A stretch of 13,016 nucleotides of DNA, taken from positions 1 through 13,016 of the forward strand of contig NW_021826373.1 of the NCBI RefSeq assembly GCF_006345805.1, written 5' to 3'. The stretch is from Octopus sinensis (Eukaryota). A model generated the notes under the pieces. It was not told the origin of the DNA. It did no database searches and saw only the letters and a list, made by a program, of their open reading frames with translations. Numbering within the stretch: the stretch's first letter is position 1; each line of letters opens with the position of its first letter. A program made the translations under genes and the position numbers. Below, in pieces: positions 6,872 through 13,016 of this stretch.

Positions 6872-7052
6872 TCAGTTCAGCCAACACAAACCTCACCTCG
6901 GCTCTTTAGATGTTAACCAAATATGAAAGTATCATCTGCCAGGCAAGAATTCCGGCGTTGAAGACAGCCAGCCAGCCAACGAGACAGACAGACAGACACG
7001 TAAAACAATATCATTGATGGTGATGATGATGGTGATGATGATAATAATGATA

Positions 7053-7455
7053 GGTGCAGGAGTGGCTGTGTGGTAAGTAGCTTGCTTACCAACCACATGG
7101 TTCCAGGTTCAGTCCCTTTGCGTGGCATCTTGGGCAAGTGTCTTCTGCTATAGCCCCGGGCCGACCAATGCCTTGTGAGTGGATTTAGTAGACGGAAACT
7201 GAAAGAAGCCTGTCGTATATATGTATATATATGTGTGTGTATGTGTGTGTTTGTGTGTCTGTGTTTGTCCCCCTAGCATTGCTTGACAACCGATGCTGGT
7301 GTTTTTACGTCGCCGTCACTTAGCGGTTCGGCAAAAGAGACCGATAGAATAAGTACTGGCCTTACAAAGAATAAGTCCCGGGGTCGATTTGCTCGACTAA
7401 AGGCAGTGCTCCAGCATGGCCGCAGTCAAAGGACTAAAACAAGTATAAAAGAGAG
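7053..7455 (+). mobile_element. Full-length tRNA-derived SINE family B (octopus OK/OR-like) with internal (TA/TG)n
   Basis: A box TGGCTGTGTGG, B-box-like GGTTCAGTCC; colinear with the inverse copy at 11837-12271. Confidence 0.9.
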
Positions 7456-7519
7456 ATAGTAATAGTGGTGATAATAATAATTGTAATAATAATGGTGATG
7501 ATAATAATAATAATAATAA

Positions 7520-10500
7520 GCCGGCTACGGCTGATATAATGGTACGATTATAATTGTAACGGCAATGATGGCCGTCTCCCCGCGAGCCACTCATTATCGT
7601 AGCACCAAAATGTTTTTGGAAACTAAAAGGAAAACTAAATCAATATACCAAATCGCTTGTCCTATGGTTAATCTGGAAGCGCGTCCTCCAGGGAAGAGCC
7701 AGCCTGGGATCGAAAAGTCATCAACTGGCACAAACTCTTCTCCGAATACGGACATGGATGGTCACTTGAACGGGAAATCCCCCTACTCGAGCCCTCCAAG
7801 TTCACCACCACAACCACCACAGAAAGAAAAATGTAAGCGGAACAAATGGACCCGAGAAGAGTATAAAGAAGTAATATACGCTTATTACTATGCATTAGGT
7901 AGGCCATCTCAAGAGAGACACACCGCAAACTCTTACAGTATATGGAGAACACGGAACCAAGACAGTAGGCCCTATTTGGACGAGAACAAATTGGCAAATG
8001 TCTGTTAGAAATAACAGACTCACAGACAGTGAAATAAGCGCGACCAAGCACGCAACGGAAAATGACATAAATATAAGACACAAAGGAAATGAAGAATCAG
8101 ATGAACAGTATAGCCCGCCACGAGGCTTAATTGAAAGACTGCCATCTGACCAAAGCACGCAAAGGCCTGAAGATACAAGAAATTCTATTGAACCTGTTAA
8201 AGATAACCAGGAAAATGATAAAACAACAGTAACTGAAGATCTCGCATTTGCTGAAGAACACAGAGAGTCTATGGCAGAAATGAGGCAGAAAATCCTGAAT
8301 ACGCTTGAAGTTGTAAGACATACAAGTATGAATGATAGTGAACCACTTCATAAACTCTCAAATACAAACCAAAATAAAAAACAAATCCAAATTGGCAATT
8401 ATGTAACAAATGAAATAATACAAGAATTAAAACCTGATTTTACTGAGTTAAATGAAATTATTTACGCTTCTGCTAGGGCAATTGAAACCAGCTGTATGCC
8501 CCCGAAAAAACAAAGAAAACCAAACCTGGGAAGAAATCAAACCTGGAGAAGTAAAATTGAAAAAGAGATTGAATTTATGAGAGGGGAAATATCAATATTA
8601 AATGAATTAATATGTGGAAATGATGTAAATCCAGAACAGAAGAAAGATGAAGAGAAATGTGGATCCTCACCAAGAGAAGAACTGATATCAATAAAAGAAA
8701 CGCTGAAACAAAAAGTCCAAGCAAAAGCCCAAAGAATACGAAGATTTGAGAAGAGAAACAAGTTTTACAAACAAAATAAGCTGTTCACATCCAATGCCAA
8801 AAGATTCTACAGAGAAATAGGGAAGGAGAAAGTAACCGTTAAAGACCCCCCCCTCCCATGGAAGAAGTTCAAAACTTTTGGAAAAGGATTTGGAGTGACA
8901 AGAAGACGTACAACATAAATGCAGACTGGATTATACAAACAGAAGGATCCTACCAAAATTTACAACAACAAGCATGGGAAGACACCACAATAGCAGACCT
9001 AAGAAAGGCACTCACGAAGGCCCATAATTGGAAATCCCCCGGTAAAGATAGGGTGCCGAATTTCTGGCTCGCATCGCTCCCATGCGCACACGGTAAGCTA
9101 GTTCAGCTGCTCAATGGAATTATGAGAGACCCAAAGAAAACACCTGAATGGTTAGCAAGTGGTATTACTTACCTACTCCCAAAGAATAACGAAACCAAAC
9201 TTCCAAAAAACTATCGGCCTATAACCTGTTTATCCACCACGTATAAAATCCTAACATCTATCCTGGCGGAGAAAACATGCATTCATGGAGAAGAACGATA
9301 TTTTCCACATTGAACAAAAAGGGTGTCGCCGAGGCTCTTACTGATGCAAAGATCAACTGCTAATTAATCGTATGATCCTTGAGAACTGTCACAACAAGCG
9401 CAGAAATCTCAGCTCCGCATGGATTGACTATAAAAAGGCATTCGATAGTATACCGCATTCATGGATCTTGAAATCGCTGGACATCTTCAAAATTTCCCCT
9501 GTGATTTCAAGCTTCCTGAAGCACAATATGTCGTTGTGGAATACGAATCTCCAATTATACCACTCTGTGAATTTTACAAGGTGACTCACTTTCACCTCTA
9601 ATATTCTGCATAGCCCTAATACCCCTTACAAGTGAATTAAACAGAACAGGGTATGGGTATAAAATTGTCAATAAAAAAATTAGCCATCTATTTTATATGG
9701 ATGACTTAAAACTCTAAGGTAAAGACGATAATGAACTTGAAGGCCTATTGCGCACTGTAAAAGCATTCAGCGATGACATCGGGATGGAGTTTTGGCTTGA
9801 GAAGTGTGCCAAGGCCACTTTCCAGAAAGAGAAAGTGAAGACCACAAATTCAGTCGTGTTAGATGTTGACACAGTCATAAGAGAGCTTGAGCAAGAACAA
9901 ACATACAAATATTTAGGGATAAATGAAGGCTCTGGTATTCAGCATGCAAGCATGAAAGAAAAGATCAGGAAGGAATGTTATAGGAGAGTTCGTGCAGTCC
10001 TGAAATCTGACCTAAATGCACGTAACAAGGTGTTAGCTATAAATTCCTTAGCAGTTCCAGTTGTTACTTATAACTACAATGTGTTGAACTGGAATATGAG
10101 TGAAGTAAAGAATATAGATAGAAAAATACGCAAGCTGCTGAGATGTAATAGGATGCACCACCCAAAGGCAGACGTAGATCGCCTTTAACTCCCCAGAGCC
10201 CAAGGAGGTCGAGGCCTGATCCAATTTGAACTAGCTTACAAAGCAACCACAATTGGACTGGCCAAATATCTTGAAATAACGAATGACTGGATGCTAAAGC
10301 TCGTGGAAAATCACGAGAGACGAAAGAAGCTTCATTCTATCATAAAGGAAAGCAAAAAATTTGCTATTGATCTCGTGCAGGATACCCAAACTGAACAACC
10401 CGAGGGAAGTATGGCAACTATTGTTGCAAAGAAGGTGAAAATAATGGCAACGAAAAAAGCGCACGAGCAATTGGCTGATAGGTGGGAGGAGAAACCTCTG

Positions 10501-11420
10501 CACGGCAAATATGTGGCCCGCAGCAAACAAGCTGATGTTGACCAGAAGCAAACCCATCAGTGGCTACGGAGCTCAGGGCTAAAAGCAGAGAGCGAAGGTT
10601 TCATCCTGACTGCTCAAAATCAAAGCCTATTAACCCGGAACTACCAGGCCAATGTGATGAAAAATGGAGCAGACCCAAAATGCCGATTCTGCAACGACAT
10701 GATTGAAACAGTGGACCACCTAATCTCTGGATGCAAAGTCTTAGCACCAGTAGAGTATAAATTAAAACATGACAGAGTTGGCCAATATCTACACTGGCTA
10801 ATAAGTCGGCATTACAGTATCAAAACTGCCGACAAGTGGTATAATCACCACCCTGAAGCTGTAACTGAAGGAGAAAATGTAACGATTCTGTGGGACTTTC
10901 CAGTACATACAGACCGAACCATCAAAGCCAATAAACCGGATATTTTTGTGAAAGACCAAAACAATAAAGTTTGCTTATTGATCGACATGAGCATCCCCTG
11001 TGATCATAATATCTCGGCGAAAGAGTTTGACAAGCTCAGAAAATATAAAGACCTGCTCATTGAAATTAAGAAAATGTGGCATCTCAAGGCGGTTACAATA
11101 CCAGTGATCGTAGAGCACTAGGAATGATCAGAAGGGAACCGAAAATTATATGAGAATGATCCCTGGCTTACCATCCCTGCAAGAAGTGCAAAAGATTGTC
11201 TTAACTGGTACATCACACGTATTGAGAAGAGCATTGTCGATGTGAGAACTATTACTACCCATGTATTTTAATTTAACTTTATTTCTATCAAAAAAAAAAA
11301 AATGGACGAACTAGTGAGTTTAGTTTAATGGCCTACCAATGTATACTATGAGTTTCTTTGCCCTAGGAGTCGGGAAGACACTCGGCAAGAAATGGAAGGA
11401 AATTTGAAAGAAGAAAAAAA
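7520..11420 (+). mobile_element. Near full-length R4/Dong-clade non-LTR retrotransposon with restriction-like endonuclease (family D1)
   Basis: Starts right after (AAT)n at 7519, carries a single long decayed ORF, a 3'UTR 11246-11420 and an (AAT)n tail 11421-11440. Confidence 0.92.
7565..11245 (+). pseudogene. Decayed RT-RLE polyprotein of the R4/Dong element
   Basis: KWTREEYKEVIYAYY; KSPG.D; NYRPITCL; EQKGC; WIDYKKAFDS; QGDSLSP (9577); YMDD (9694-9705); YKYLG; GGRGL; C-x2-C-x8-H-x4-C (10681-10734); KHDRV; PD (10936)...D...K. Stops at 8006, 9342, 9715, 10186; frameshifts near 8005, 8850, 9280, 11115; deletion before QGD. Confidence 0.93.
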
Positions 11421-11440
11421 AATGATGATAATAATAATAA

Positions 11441-11836
11441 AAGCCAGAAGTCTTAATTGAGAAAGAAAACAAACTATGCCGGATCATAGATATAGTATGC
11501 CCAGCTGACAACAAGGTATGCGATAAGGAAGAAAGAAAAGTCGAGAGATATGACAGGTTAGCTTGGGAAGTTAAGCAGTTGTGGTCGATGAAAAAGGTAT
11601 CAGTAATACCAGTAATTGTCGGAGCCCTGGGAACAGTGAGCAAAATCTCGAGAAGTACGTGGAACAAATAGGGGCTGCAAATAAGGGTGGAGCACTTGCA
11701 GAAAACAGCACTGCTTGGAACCGCTCGAATCCTCCGGAAGGTGCTCGGATATTAAGAGGTGTTACCTTAGTTCACTGGTTGTGAACAGCTGACACCATAG
11801 TATATCTCCAGTGTTAGAAGCTGTGCAAAGGCAATA
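11441..11836 (+). mobile_element. 5'-truncated R4/Dong-type element (family D3), RLE domain and 3'UTR
   Basis: KPEVLIEKENKLCRIIDIVCPADNKVCDKEERKVERYDRLAWEVKQLWSMKKVSVIPVIVGALG...LQKTALLGTARILRKVLGY* (stop 11753-55, with frameshifts). Confidence 0.88.
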
Positions 11837-12051
11837 CTCTTACTCTTTTACTCTTTTACTTGTTTCAGTCATTTGACTGCGGCCATGCTGGATCACCGCC
11901 TTTAGTCGAGCAAATCGACCCCGGGACTTATTCTTTGTAAGCCCAGTACTTATTCTATCGGTCTCTTTTGCCCAACCGCTAAGTGACGGGGACGTAAACA
12001 CACCAGCATCGGTTGTCAAGCAATGCTAGGGGGACAAACACAGACACACCA

Positions 12052-12093
<42 letters not shown>

Positions 12094-12271
12094 TATATAT
12101 ACATATATACGACGGGCTTCTTTCAGTTTCCGTCTACCAAATCCACTCAGAAGGCTTTGGTCGGCCCGAGGCTATAGTGAAAGACACTTGCCCAAGATGC
12201 CACGCAGTGGGACTGAACCCGGAACCATGTGGTTGGTAAGCAAGCTACTTACCACACAGCCACTCCTACGC
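11837..12271 (-). mobile_element. Full-length SINE family B inserted in the AAT tail of the D3 fragment
   Basis: Colinear with 7053-7455; AATA on both sides (11833-36, 12272-75); internal (CA)/(TA) tract. Confidence 0.92.
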
Positions 12272-12763
12272 AATAATAATAATAACAACAATAATAATAA
12301 TAAATTCTATTTATTAAAGCAGAAAGCTTGAAATTTTGGAGGAATGAGGCAAGTCGAATACATCGCCCCACGTGTTCTGCTGGTACCTATTTCATCGATC
12401 CCGAAAGGATGAACTGCAAAGTCGACCTTGGGAATATTTTGAAACCATCACATACACGAATGCCGGGGCTATAGCAGAAGACACTTGCCTAAGATGCCAC
12501 GCAGTGGGACTGAACCCGGAACCATGTGGTTGGTAAGCAAGCTACTTACCACACAGCCACTCCTGCGCAATAATAATAATAACAACAATAATAATAATAA
12601 ATTCTATTTATTAAAGCAGAAAGCTTGAAATTTTGGAGGAATGAAGCAAGTCGAATACATCGCCCCACGTGTTCTGCTGGTACCTATTTCATCGAGCCCG
12701 AAAGGATGAACTGCAAAGTCGACCTTTGGGGATATTTTGAAACCATCACATACACGAATGCCG
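12166..12763 (+). repeat. Tandem duplication, two copies of 297-298 bp (SINE B head, AAT, SINE C fragment)
   Basis: 12166-12465 vs 12463-12763, about 9 differences, CCG junction microhomology. Confidence 0.93.
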
Positions 12764-13016
12764 ATAAACATCATGAGATAATATTGAAAGCGGAAACGCA
12801 ATTACTAGAGAGGAATCAGGTCGGCGAGCGAACTCACGGAGCCGTTGTTTATATACCAGAAACGAAAGATAAGAAACGGAAGCTGCTATAGATATACAAG
12901 AGGAGAGCTTTTGTTATGGAATGACGCAAATGAGTTTGCTCAAGAGTTGAGAGGTGTGACCCGGGTCAGAGTGGAATTCCGGTGGTGAGTCACGGAAGGA
13001 CAACACGTTGCAATGT
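12601..13016 (-). mobile_element. 5'-extended SINE family C variant (unnamed repeat, copy 3), runs off the window
   Basis: Core TTTCATCGAGCCCGAAAGGATGAACTGCAAAGTCGACC followed on + by sequence homologous to 4700-4945 and inverse 2021-2234. Confidence 0.65.

Noticed and set aside
7520-7610. HDV-like ribozyme at the Dong 5' end (L3-like TCCCCGC; partial P1 GCCGGCT/AGCCACT)
   Set aside because: P1 has two mismatches, P3 is imperfect, and no P1.1, P4 or P2 could be built; a plain hairpin explains it. Worth retesting on the family consensus.
7565-11245. Active retrotransposon or domesticated RT gene
   Set aside because: At least four in-frame stops, several frameshifts and a deletion inside the RT.
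7668-11667. Antisense ORFs within the Dong elements
   Set aside because: Shadow frames of the RT ORF with no recognisable motifs.
12625-12891. 88-aa ORF
   Set aside because: Lies across SINE-derived sequence, has no motif, and is not preserved in the related copies.

Overview
AT-rich eukaryotic DNA made almost entirely of nested retroelements and microsatellites. The SINE types resemble those of cephalopods (Octopus), which is recognition rather than proof. No intact host gene is supported. Main contents: (1) a near full-length but pseudogenised R4/Dong-type non-LTR retrotransposon (7520-11420; RT with YMDD, CCHC knuckle, restriction-like endonuclease) plus four 5'-truncated relatives, all on + and ending in (AAT)n; (2) a Penelope-like (PLE) GIY-YIG fragment; (3) an RTE C-terminal fragment; (4) several tRNA-derived SINE families, including a 4-unit concatemer. 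The most notable signals are two minimal type I hammerhead ribozymes read directly from the sequence. One has a nearly intact core and lies inside a 77-bp inverted repeat between (TA)n tracts (5193-5437, -). The other is degenerate (1900-1945, +) and may be the tail of a tRNA-headed element whose 5' end carries a PLE-like fold-back. Together they suggest small non-autonomous ribozyme retroelements mobilised by Penelope RT.
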